A stretch of 20,000 nt of DNA from an uncultured virus (IMG/VR IMGVR_UViG_3300025030_000078) (taxonomy: Duplodnaviria > Heunggongvirae > Uroviricota > Caudoviricetes): the IMG/VR virus record IMGVR_UViG_3300025030_000078; one strand, 5' to 3'. Below are positions 1 through 8,410 of the stretch, one piece after another. The notes below the pieces were generated by a model that saw nothing but the letters and a program-made list of their open reading frames with translations, had not been told where the DNA came from and made no database searches. Position numbers and translations under genes: made by a program. How positions within the stretch are numbered: the stretch's first letter is position 1; every line of letters starts with the position of its first letter.

Positions 1-1
1 G

Positions 2-538
2 CACAGACAGATTCTTGCGGGATTAGAAGCAAGCGACGCGGATTATGTTTTTTTATGCGAAAGCGATGTTTTATACCATCCCTCTCATTTTGAGTTTACT
101 TCTCCGCAGGATACAGCTTATTACTACAACATAAATGTATGGAAATATTGGTTTGAAGACGGTCTTTGTGTTTGGGTCGATGATATGAAACAAGTATCCG
201 GAATATGCGCTAATAAGAACCTGTTGTTACAACATTATAGAAAAAGAGTTGAAAGAATAGATAGAGAAGGAAAGTTTTCTATTGCTTGGGGTTACGAACC
301 CGGATCGAGAAAACCTCCTTTAGGGTTTGATGAATTTCCTAGATTCGAATATAAATCGACTGTTCCTAATGTTTGTATAAGGCACGGAGAAACTTTAACT
401 AAAAGTAAAAGATCTCCGGAAGAATTCCGCAATCCTAAATATGCCGAAGGATTCAAGACCGCCAGAGAAATTCCCGGATGGGGAAATATTAAGAGTATAT
501 TTGATAGGGAGGCAATTGATGGTTCAACGACAATCTAG
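2..538 (+). CDS. Glycosyltransferase-like protein (GT-A/GT2-like), 5'-truncated by the window
   Basis: The frame is open from base 2 (HRQILAGLEASDADYVFLCESDVLYHPSHFEF...) and joins the 185..538 ORF. The 'GLEA-x-x-ADYVFLCE-x-D' segment matches the strand and DxD-like (ExD) motif of GT-A fold transferases. Confidence 0.6.
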   Translation, partial: HRQILAGLEASDADYVFLCESDVLYHPSHFEFTSPQDTAYYYNINVWKYWFEDGLCVWVDDMKQVSGICANKNLLLQHYRKRVERIDREGKFSIAWGYEPGSRKPPLGFDEFPRFEYKSTVPNVCIRHGETLTKSKRSPEEFRNPKYAEGFKTAREIPGWGNIKSIFDREAIDGSTTI

Positions 539-615
539 GAATAATAACACAAATGTTTTTAATGTTTCTCATTGGAGAAAATTCGAAAATTTCCTAAGAA
601 AGGTGGATTAATAAT

Positions 616-2316
616 ATGCCTACACTAGTTGCTAGTTATGATGGCGATGGTGCAAGTAATACAACGTGGGCTTTAGCGGGTGGTTACAACACTATCGCTG
701 TTCAATCCTTCAAACCATCGGCATCAGGAAAACTCACATCGGCTAAGTTCTATTTGAAAAATGCCACAGCCGTTACAGGAACTTGCTATTTTGTCTTATA
801 TGCACATTCTGGAACGTACGGGACAAGTAGTGTTCCTACAGGTAGCGTTCTAGCAACATCCGCCGGTCTTGATGTCTCGACACTAAACTCTACCTTTGCA
901 CTAAAAGAGCTGACTTTCTCCGGTGCTAATCAGTACGATTTAGTTGCCAATACCGCTTATTGTATAGGTGTAACTTTTACAGGGGGTGATGGAGACCATT
1001 ATATACAGGTAGGGATTGATACCACCAATCCTTCTCACGAAGGTAATAGGGCGTCCTATATTTCATCGTGGACTGCCTATGCAAATGACCAAGCATTTTA
1101 TGTATACATAGAGGCATCATCACCGAGTGCTAGTGTTTCTCCCTCATCATCAGCTAGTCCGTCGTCTTCAATTTCCCCGTCTTCTTCGGAATCCCCATCG
1201 GTTTCGCCCTCGGCTTCTATCAGCCCGTCTTCGTCGGAAAGTCCTTCTGTCTCACCGTCAGCATCAGTAAGCCCATCGTCGTCAGTATCGCCATCTTTAA
1301 GTCCATCGGCTTCCGCTTCTCCGAGTTCTAGCGTTTCGCCTTCGGTTTCACCAAGTGCGTCTGTGTCACCTTCGGCTTCAGAGAGTCCGTCGGTATCACC
1401 TTCGGCGTCAATTAGTCCATCCGCTTCAGAGTCGCCTTCGGTATCCCCAAGTTCGTCAGTATCGCCGTCGGTCTCTCCTTCAGCTTCTATAAGTCCGTCG
1501 GCTTCGATCTCTCCATCAAGTTCGGAGTCTCCTTCGGTTTCTCCGTCAGCATCAGTATCGCCATCATCATCGGAGTCGCCAAGCATTTCCCCATCGTCTT
1601 CGGCATCTCCAAGTCCGGGAAGTCCTTCGGCGTCTATTTCTCCATCGGCATCGGTTTCGCCAAGCGCTTCAGAATCTCCATCGGTTAGTCCTTCGGCTTC
1701 CGTAAGTCCTTCAGCTAGTGAGAGTTTGTCACAATCTCCGTCGGCATCTATAAGCCCTTCGGCTTCAGAGTCTCCGTCGGTTTCGCCATCCGCTTCGGTA
1801 AGTCCGTCGAGTTCCGGGTCTCCTTCAATTTCCCCATCCGCTTCAGTTTCTCCGAGCGCTTCGGTAAGCCCGTCGTTTTCAGAATCTCCGTCGGTATCCC
1901 CGTCGGCATCCATGTCGCCTTCTTCGTCAGCATCGCTCTCAACGAGTCCTAGCGCGTCGATTTCTCCTTCAGCTTCGGAAAGTCCTTCAATTTCACCTTC
2001 GGCTTCTGTTTCACCTTCAGCATCCGGATCACCATCGGTTTCACCAAGTAGTTCTCTTTCAGCGTCACCGTCACCTTCGTCGAGCGAAAGTCCTTCATTA
2101 TCTCCGTCATCCTCGCCAAGCCCGTCGTCCTCGGTTTCCCCTTCTATCAGCCCATCATCTTCGGCTAGCCCTTCTCCCACGGAATGGGAATACAAATACA
2201 CAACAAGAAATACTGTTTATAGTGGTTATAAGTATTCAACGCGCGGAACTTCATATAGTGACAAATACTCAAATAGAAGCTCTTCTTATCAGGATAAATA
2301 TCGTTTTAGATCTTGA
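616..2316 (+). CDS. Putative virion surface/decoration protein: ~165-aa beta-rich N-terminal domain, ~354-aa Ser/Pro repeat stalk, Tyr-rich C-terminal repeats
   Basis: 566-aa ORF with SD-like AAGGTGGA upstream. The N-terminus is beta-strand rich (QSFKPSASGKLTSAKFYLK...YCIGV). It lies at the head of the structural gene run. Confidence 0.7.
   Translation: MPTLVASYDGDGASNTTWALAGGYNTIAVQSFKPSASGKLTSAKFYLKNATAVTGTCYFVLYAHSGTYGTSSVPTGSVLATSAGLDVSTLNSTFALKELTFSGANQYDLVANTAYCIGVTFTGGDGDHYIQVGIDTTNPSHEGNRASYISSWTAYANDQAFYVYIEASSPSASVSPSSSASPSSSISPSSSESPSVSPSASISPSSSESPSVSPSASVSPSSSVSPSLSPSASASPSSSVSPSVSPSASVSPSASESPSVSPSASISPSASESPSVSPSSSVSPSVSPSASISPSASISPSSSESPSVSPSASVSPSSSESPSISPSSSASPSPGSPSASISPSASVSPSASESPSVSPSASVSPSASESLSQSPSASISPSASESPSVSPSASVSPSSSGSPSISPSASVSPSASVSPSFSESPSVSPSASMSPSSSASLSTSPSASISPSASESPSISPSASVSPSASGSPSVSPSSSLSASPSPSSSESPSLSPSSSPSPSSSVSPSISPSSSASPSPTEWEYKYTTRNTVYSGYKYSTRGTSYSDKYSNRSSSYQDKYRFRS
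1117..2178 (+). repeat. Degenerate coding tandem repeat of SPS[A/S]S[V/I/E/A] hexapeptides and SPS[V/I] tetrapeptides
   Basis: Visible directly in the translation. Codons are synonymously diversified, so there is no perfect DNA repeat. Confidence 0.95.
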
Positions 2317-2319
2317 AAG

Positions 2320-2328
2320 TGTTAGAAT
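2320..2328 (+). promoter_or_regulatory. Extended -10 promoter (TG-T-TAGAAT), 6 nt before ATG 2335 (leaderless-type)
   Basis: TG at 2320-21, TAGAAT at 2323-28, AAAAAT spacer, then ATG. No SD sequence is present. Confidence 0.55.
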
Positions 2329-2334
2329 AAAAAT

Positions 2335-3795
2335 ATGAAAAGTTTTCTTATTCAAAGTTTTACCGGACTTTCTGATTTTGAGGACAAAGGCGCGAGAGGA
2401 GCTTTTAAATTCGGAAGTGGTTTGGATGTTAGACGAAACAGAGATTCTTTAAAGGCGGGGCAAGCATTAGCAAACGATTTAGCGTTGGGCGGTATTATGA
2501 ACTCTCCGGTTGTCGATGTAGTGAACTCTTCCGATGGAAATTCTTATTGGGGACTTGAAAACGGAAGAATTTTACAAAGAACTAGCGCAGGAGTTTGGAG
2601 TTTAAAATATACAGATGTTGAAGGAGATTTAAGAGGTATCGGAGAATGGGGAAACGACAACGGAGAAACAGGAATTTATTGGGCGACTCCTACAAAAATA
2701 CATAGAAAACCAATTCCCGGAAATGCAAATTGGACAGATGTTGATACAAGTGCCGGAAACCCTGCACAAACATATCCTAAAACTAATCTTACGAACACAC
2801 CTAACCATTTAATGAAAGTTATAAATGGCGGGTTTTATATAAACAACGGAGACGCTGTAGCGCTTATTGGTTATGATGAGTCTTACACCAATTTAGCTCT
2901 CCAACTTTTGCCGGATAATCTAGCCGAAGTATTATTGGACGACGGGATTTATGCAATTATAGGAGCCAGTCTTGGATCAGATAAGGAAGAATGTTGGCTT
3001 TATTCTTGGGATGGAATTTCCCTTAATTATAACGATAGAACTCCTCTCCCGTTTAAAGATATTAACGCAATAATAAAAGGAGAAGTAATTGTTGTTCAAT
3101 TCGGAAGCGATGGGCAATTATTCTTTGTAGGGGATTCTGGAAGGATCCCAATTACAGCTTTCCCCGGAGGAGGTCAAGTAGAACCGGCAGGAGTAGATGT
3201 TGATGGTGGACTTATTTTATTTGGAGTTTATGGTAATGACGTTTCTCGACAATCCGGAGTTTATGCTTATGGCAGAAATAAAAAGAACGCGGATTTTGTT
3301 CTGAATTTAGAATATCCTTTAGTTTGTGATTCTATAGATGCTGTAAGAAAAGTAGGATCTGATAAACTTATTGCTTATAAATCCGGATCACAGTATGGGG
3401 TCAAGAAGGTTGATACAGCAAACAAAATATCACAAGCTATTTACGAAACTATAGATTTAAAACTTCCTACAGAATACGGGAAGTTGCCTACCATATCTAG
3501 TATTGTTGTGGATATGGCTCCGCTACCGGCAGGGTGTTCTATAGAAATATGGCGAAGACTTGATAAAAAAGAAACTGAAGCCGGTACTGATTACGCCGGA
3601 GTTGCTACCGGTTTAAATGACGGTTGGCATCAATGTAGTTTGCAGGACGGATCCGGTTCTTTTACCGATGATGGGAAAACGGAAGCTATATTTAATTCGG
3701 AGGATAGTGGAAAAATCCTAGAGATCCGTGCTGTTTTAAATTGTTCTGGTAATAACAGCCCTGAAATCTTTAAGATCCAACCCTATTTTAGTTGA
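2335..3795 (+). CDS. Phage structural protein, probably a beta-propeller tail nozzle/stabilisation protein (P22 gp10/T7 gp12-like role)
   Basis: 486 aa, beta-rich with W/Y/G-containing blade-like segments. The N-terminus (FTGLSD...GLDVR) and the gene position are typical of podovirus tail genes. Function is inferred. Confidence 0.5.
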   Translation: MKSFLIQSFTGLSDFEDKGARGAFKFGSGLDVRRNRDSLKAGQALANDLALGGIMNSPVVDVVNSSDGNSYWGLENGRILQRTSAGVWSLKYTDVEGDLRGIGEWGNDNGETGIYWATPTKIHRKPIPGNANWTDVDTSAGNPAQTYPKTNLTNTPNHLMKVINGGFYINNGDAVALIGYDESYTNLALQLLPDNLAEVLLDDGIYAIIGASLGSDKEECWLYSWDGISLNYNDRTPLPFKDINAIIKGEVIVVQFGSDGQLFFVGDSGRIPITAFPGGGQVEPAGVDVDGGLILFGVYGNDVSRQSGVYAYGRNKKNADFVLNLEYPLVCDSIDAVRKVGSDKLIAYKSGSQYGVKKVDTANKISQAIYETIDLKLPTEYGKLPTISSIVVDMAPLPAGCSIEIWRRLDKKETEAGTDYAGVATGLNDGWHQCSLQDGSGSFTDDGKTEAIFNSEDSGKILEIRAVLNCSGNNSPEIFKIQPYFS

Positions 3796-4286
3796 TGGAT
3801 CAAGACAAGGTTTATTATCCGGAAATTATAGAAACATACGCTTTGCCCGAAACTGTAGTGGAGGAAGAAACGTCCTCTACTAATTATGTTGGTAAAACCA
3901 ATCTTGTTCCAACTACACAAGTAGACAAGAAATTTCCTCCTAGAAACTTCGCAAGAGAAACTATAAGTGAGACGTTAAACACTCGAACAAAGAAGATTTT
4001 GGGGGAATTTACTTTCGGTCAAGTAGGTGCTATCGCAATCGGGGTATATGAAAACGGGGTGTCCGGAGATATTCGTATCACGCCTAACGGCATTACAGCT
4101 AGAAATATAAATGGGGAAACTACTTTTTCTATAGACGGAACAACAGGAGATGCTGTCTTTAAGGGAACAATAACCGCAGGTGCTTTAGTCACGGGAAGTG
4201 TCGTAGTACAAGGACAAGGGGCATTTGTAGTTAATGATGGAACTTATAACGTAATCCGCATGGGTTACTTTGCAGGAGGTTTGTAA
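3795..4286 (+). CDS. Putative tail protein
   Basis: ATG at 3795 overlaps the previous TGA (TGATG). The segment 'DIRITPNGITARN..GETTFSIDGTTGDAVFKGTITAG' resembles phage tail beta-repeat regions. Confidence 0.55.
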   Translation: MDQDKVYYPEIIETYALPETVVEEETSSTNYVGKTNLVPTTQVDKKFPPRNFARETISETLNTRTKKILGEFTFGQVGAIAIGVYENGVSGDIRITPNGITARNINGETTFSIDGTTGDAVFKGTITAGALVTGSVVVQGQGAFVVNDGTYNVIRMGYFAGGL

Positions 4287-4618
4287 TGCCAGCCGAATAC
4301 GGTTTAAAAATAAGACTAGACAATGTTGCTGATGATGTGGAGGATTGTACGCCAAAACAAACAGCCTTCAATTCTAAATACCCTTGTGCGAAGATTCTTC
4401 AAGATGGAAAGGTTAGTGCTTCTACCGGATTTATTGTGGAAGTAAGCTTAGATTCCGATGTATCTTTTCCTTTCCAGTTACTTTGTTTTCTATATGACGC
4501 TAGTACACAAGAATATGAACCTGCTCAAAATGTTTCTTTTGATAGTACAAAAATTTATCTACCGGCAACGGCAAAAATAGAAGGAAGCTTTTTCTATTAC
4601 TTTGTTTGTTACGCATAA
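4286..4618 (+). CDS. Small structural/tail protein (YGLKI...FNSKYP type)
   Basis: 110-aa ORF with TAATG coupling. Shares motifs with the next gene. Confidence 0.6.
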   Translation: MPAEYGLKIRLDNVADDVEDCTPKQTAFNSKYPCAKILQDGKVSASTGFIVEVSLDSDVSFPFQLLCFLYDASTQEYEPAQNVSFDSTKIYLPATAKIEGSFFYYFVCYA

Positions 4619-4619
4619 T

Positions 4620-5039
4620 ATGGGAAATTACGGCGCTAAGATAGCAAAGAAAAAACATAATGTAGAAGATGGGGATCGTTACCAGATCTTCAATTCTAAA
4701 TATCCGGCGCTAAAATTAAAAGTATCCGGACAGGGTACGGGATCGCAGGTGGCAGGTAATGGAGGATTTACCATAACAATATCGCATAATTTGGGTTATG
4801 TTCCCCTATGTTTTGTAGATGGTCAGTACTTTAATCTTCCGGCGGAAGCCGTCGTTACCAAGTTCTCTAAGTGGAACAGATTTATATATCAAGGACTACA
4901 GGTTGGGGATTCTTATTACTACTACGCTGATACCACAAATTTATATATAGTGGCTTCTCTTTCCTATTTAACAGATGTTTACACTTTCGATCTTGATTAT
5001 ATGTATCATATTTATTATGACGAGGATACTTTAGCATGA
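4620..5039 (+). CDS. Small structural/tail protein, paralogue of 4286..4618
   Basis: Likely start is ATG 4620, just after the stop at 4618. Contains YGAKI...FNSKYPALK and 'TISHNLGYVP', a motif typical of phage tail accessory proteins. Confidence 0.6.
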   Translation: MGNYGAKIAKKKHNVEDGDRYQIFNSKYPALKLKVSGQGTGSQVAGNGGFTITISHNLGYVPLCFVDGQYFNLPAEAVVTKFSKWNRFIYQGLQVGDSYYYYADTTNLYIVASLSYLTDVYTFDLDYMYHIYYDEDTLA

Positions 5040-6301
5040 GTGTATTTACAAAAAGAGTAGACGCAGATATAAGGGATATAAACCATGTTTACGATGGAAC
5101 TTGGTCTGTTTGGGAAAATTCCGCTTATAACATAGGAAACCCCGGAGCAGTAATTAGGAATACTAGCTTACGTTTTATAGGTGTAAATATACCAAAAGAT
5201 TCAATTATAAATTCAGCTAAAATATCTTTTACATACGGTAGCACAGAGTCTATTACCGGAATGAAGATCTTGATAAAAGGTGTTGCGGAAGATAACACGG
5301 GGGAGTTTGTATCTTCTCCGGAAGATACCGCAAGAACAAGAACAAAAACAACGGCTAGTGTTGTCTGGGAAGGAACTATCTCTTACTCTGGAGGTGTCGC
5401 TTATGATACACCGGACATAAAAACAATAATTCAAGAAATAGTAAACAGATCCGGGTGGGTTTCGGGAAACGCTTTAGCCATTTATTTATATGACAATGGC
5501 AGTAGTTACGGAAAATATATCAGCATGGATGAGTATAGCGATGGTTTAGGAGATTCTGCTTTATTAACAGTAGATTATACTCCAGCAGGATCCCCAAGTA
5601 GTTCGGTATCCCCATCGGTATCTCCTTCTAGTTCAGCTTCTCCATCATCAAGTTTGAGTCCTTCGTCTTCGGTTTCCGCAAGTTCTACGCCAAGTGCTTC
5701 TCCATCACCTAGTTCCTCTATGAGTCCAAGTGCTTCGGTATCGCCTTCGAGTTCTAATTCTCCATCAATTTCGGCTTCAGTATCACCGAGTAGTAGTTCT
5801 TCTCCGTCTCTTTCTCCTTCGGCTTCCGCCTCACCTTCTCCGGTTTATTATGGAATTATGGTCAAAAAACAAAGCGTTAATAAAAATGTTGAGGATATTA
5901 CGGATCCTAAAGAGTTGGTTTTTACATCATCTTTAGGTGTTTTAGGACTTCGTTTACTTGATACAATCGAAGGAACTACGGACGCTAATGGGGAGATAAA
6001 TACAACCAAAAATCATAGTATTGGTTATCCTCCTATAACCATAGTGAAAGCAACAGCCTATGACGGGAATATTGTACTAGCGCCTATAACTTGGCGTTCT
6101 TACTATACAGACGTAGTGCATGGGGATTTGGAGGTTGTGGAAACTTTTAACTTCAAAGTGGACGGGACTAAAATTAGAATGTTAGTAACTGCTTACGAAT
6201 CCGACAACATTCAAGATGGGTACTTTGCTTATTTGGTGGGCAGAACCTATACTTTTAATATCTATTACTACTTTAACGAAATTGTGGAGACGCAATTTTA
6301 G
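5036..6301 (+). CDS. Putative tail appendage protein: N-terminal globular domain (DNRLRE/carbohydrate-binding-like), 84-aa Ser/Pro stalk, C-terminal YGI...HSIGYPP domain
   Basis: 421 aa with ATGA coupling. The N-terminal segment 'LRFIGVNIPKDSIINSAKISF...TPDIKTIIQEIVNRSGWVSGNALAI' resembles surface-protein domains. The C-terminal domain resembles the two preceding genes. Confidence 0.6.
   Translation: MSVFTKRVDADIRDINHVYDGTWSVWENSAYNIGNPGAVIRNTSLRFIGVNIPKDSIINSAKISFTYGSTESITGMKILIKGVAEDNTGEFVSSPEDTARTRTKTTASVVWEGTISYSGGVAYDTPDIKTIIQEIVNRSGWVSGNALAIYLYDNGSSYGKYISMDEYSDGLGDSALLTVDYTPAGSPSSSVSPSVSPSSSASPSSSLSPSSSVSASSTPSASPSPSSSMSPSASVSPSSSNSPSISASVSPSSSSSPSLSPSASASPSPVYYGIMVKKQSVNKNVEDITDPKELVFTSSLGVLGLRLLDTIEGTTDANGEINTTKNHSIGYPPITIVKATAYDGNIVLAPITWRSYYTDVVHGDLEVVETFNFKVDGTKIRMLVTAYESDNIQDGYFAYLVGRTYTFNIYYYFNEIVETQF
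5591..5842 (+). repeat. Second SPSxSx coding repeat
   Basis: Same repeat pattern as 1117-2178, seen in the translation. Confidence 0.9.
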
Positions 6302-6351
6302 TATGCTGTACAATTAAGGGGAAAGTGTAATAATAATTGTATAGGAAACTT

Positions 6352-6570
6352 ATGTCAAACGAGGATCAAAAGAAAAAAGATATCAAAAGATTTGAAAAAG
6401 AATTAGAAGAATTGAAGGAAAAGTATAAACTGGATCCTGTAGCGACACTAGAGTTTCCGCAGTATAGAGTCCTTCCGGACGATGTGCTTTTGGCGTTGAA
6501 GATAATAGAAAAGCATCAGTATAAAATTATGCTTTCTTATAAGGAAAAACAAAATGCAAACCAGATCTGA
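6352..6570 (+). CDS. Hypothetical small protein
   Basis: The likely start is ATG 6352 (MSNEDQ...), preceded by AGGA. It overlaps the next gene. Confidence 0.6.
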   Translation: MSNEDQKKKDIKRFEKELEELKEKYKLDPVATLEFPQYRVLPDDVLLALKIIEKHQYKIMLSYKEKQNANQI

Positions 6571-7279
6571 AATGGAAATAGAATTACAAGCGCAACTTCA
6601 GGCGGCTAACAACTCCTCCTTATTTCCTGCATCTCGATTAACTTCCCTTATACAAAATGCTTATAAAAGTGCCACTACCCTTTTTAAATGGTTGGCTCTT
6701 GCGAGGGCAAAAACAACCAGTACTACAGCAAAAGGTGTTAATGATGATATTTGTTATTACGATTATCCCGATGAATTTAGAACTAACACAATCTTCAGAG
6801 TTCAAATAGATGGGAAAGAATACAACAGAAAAAGTTTTGAATCCCTTTTAGATTATAGAAATAGATACCCAACCGGAAACGCTAAAAGAATTTTTGCAAA
6901 TTATCAACGCTTTGTTTTTATATCTCCGGATACATCAGTAGGATCAAACAATATGGATATTTGGGGAATTATACAGGCTCCGGAACTATCCTCCGGATCT
7001 TCAGAAACCATATTCTCCGGAAATTCAGACGATGCAAACATGGCAGTTATAGGGTTAGCGATGGCTATTGCCCTAAAGAAGATTGATCCCAAATTAGCAG
7101 AGAAAGAAAAACAAGACGCACTTCTAACTTTAGGTAAACTAAACTCCGATGAGTGGGCGGAATACGCAAGGGATCAGCAATTAGATACTCCTTTATTTGA
7201 AGTACCGGACTTTTTTGGTACTCCGAATATAAATACGCAGATAGGTCAATTTGATTACGATCCAACGGAGCATTACTAA
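6554..7279 (+). CDS. Putative head-tail adaptor (T7 gp11/P22 gp4-like role)
   Basis: 241 aa. A helical N-terminus (LTSLIQNAY...FKWLAL), 'YDYPDEFR', a central beta domain and a helical end give the typical layout of podovirus adaptors. Confidence 0.5.
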   Translation: MQTRSEMEIELQAQLQAANNSSLFPASRLTSLIQNAYKSATTLFKWLALARAKTTSTTAKGVNDDICYYDYPDEFRTNTIFRVQIDGKEYNRKSFESLLDYRNRYPTGNAKRIFANYQRFVFISPDTSVGSNNMDIWGIIQAPELSSGSSETIFSGNSDDANMAVIGLAMAIALKKIDPKLAEKEKQDALLTLGKLNSDEWAEYARDQQLDTPLFEVPDFFGTPNINTQIGQFDYDPTEHY

Positions 7280-7280
7280 T

Positions 7281-8408
7281 ATGGCAAGTATTAAAGATTT
7301 AAGATCAAAACCATTAAGTTCGATGTCCTATGAGGAACTATCCGATTTCATTAGTAAGGCTGAATCAGCCGGATATTCTCGTTCAGAATCTAAAGAATTA
7401 GGAAAAGCCGAGGATCTAAGAAAGACTTTGAAGCCGGAGAAGTACGGATCTGAAACTGTAGACGCCGCTAAGAAAAAACTTCTTACAAGTACAACTCCGG
7501 AGACACAGCAAAAACTAGGGCTTAGTGCAGGAAACGGCAGTTCTTCAGGACTTGGTACAGGATTTTCAGGATCCGGATCCGCAGGAGTGGATCTAAATAA
7601 AATATACGAGACTGCTTTAAACGACCCCGAACTAAAGGCTTTAGAAAAACAACTCGCCGAAAGACAGACTGCAAGAGATACGGCGGAAGCCGATATAAAC
7701 GACAATCCTTATTACACAGAAGCTACTCGTGTAGGCAAAATAGCTAAACTAGATGAAAAGGCAAACGATGAAATAAATACTCTAAAGAGTCAGATAGACT
7801 CTAAGAAGGCAGACGCGCAAGTAAAGGTTAATATAGCCACCCAACAATATAATATCGACAGTAACGAGTACCAAAAGAATCTTTCTAAACTAAATCTTCT
7901 TATAAGTTCCGGAGCAATAATCGGGGCTTCTTCTTCGGATATTGCTCAAATAGCAGTTGCAACAGGTATGAGTACTGAAATGGTTAAGAGCATTATAGAC
8001 ACAACAAAACAAGGTCAAATACAAACAAGTGTAACCACGAATACAGATGACAATGGAAATGTTACCGTATCAGTAATAAACACAAAGACCGGAGAAGTTG
8101 TTGCCCAAAATTCATTGGGGGCTATCGGTAACAAACAAACTTCCGGAACAGGTAATAATTACAAAGTAGGATCCGAATACTACACACAGGCGGCAAGGTT
8201 AATGACACAAGATCTTTCCTCTGTAGCAGGACAAGATAAATATGTAAGTCCTGTAGATTTTAGAACTTTTAGATCTCAATGGGTATCAGCAGGATTTAAT
8301 CCTTCCGACTTTGATAAAACCTTTGCCGGATTTATAAATCCATCACACGCCCAAGATTACATATATGATGCCGGTAAAGGCGGAACAGTAATCAATTTAG
8401 GAGATTAA
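7281..8408 (+). CDS. Putative internal virion/DNA ejection protein
   Basis: Likely start is ATG 7281. Has coiled-coil, G/S-rich and A/Q-rich segments and lies directly before the giant protein. Confidence 0.5.
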   Translation: MASIKDLRSKPLSSMSYEELSDFISKAESAGYSRSESKELGKAEDLRKTLKPEKYGSETVDAAKKKLLTSTTPETQQKLGLSAGNGSSSGLGTGFSGSGSAGVDLNKIYETALNDPELKALEKQLAERQTARDTAEADINDNPYYTEATRVGKIAKLDEKANDEINTLKSQIDSKKADAQVKVNIATQQYNIDSNEYQKNLSKLNLLISSGAIIGASSSDIAQIAVATGMSTEMVKSIIDTTKQGQIQTSVTTNTDDNGNVTVSVINTKTGEVVAQNSLGAIGNKQTSGTGNNYKVGSEYYTQAARLMTQDLSSVAGQDKYVSPVDFRTFRSQWVSAGFNPSDFDKTFAGFINPSHAQDYIYDAGKGGTVINLGD

Positions 8409-8410
8409 CA

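Noticed and set aside
539..615. AT-rich intergenic region with an imperfect palindrome (GAAAATTCGAAAATTTCC)
   Set aside because: It is too weak to call a terminator or operator: no GC stem with a U-tract and no second copy.
1117..2178. Possible CRISPR array or RNA polymerase II CTD mimic
   Set aside because: There are no identical DNA repeats with unique spacers, and the peptide lacks the Tyr and Thr of YSPTSPS.
1098..2201. 367-aa acidic antisense ORF (G/D/E/A/T-rich)
   Set aside because: It is a shadow of the Ser/Pro repeat, whose codons rarely give stops on the reverse strand. It coincides with the repeat and opposes the operon direction.
4366..4702. 15-bp repeat as a DGR template/variable repeat pair
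   Set aside because: It is too short, shows no adenine-specific mismatch pattern, and no reverse transcriptase is present. Paralogy explains it.
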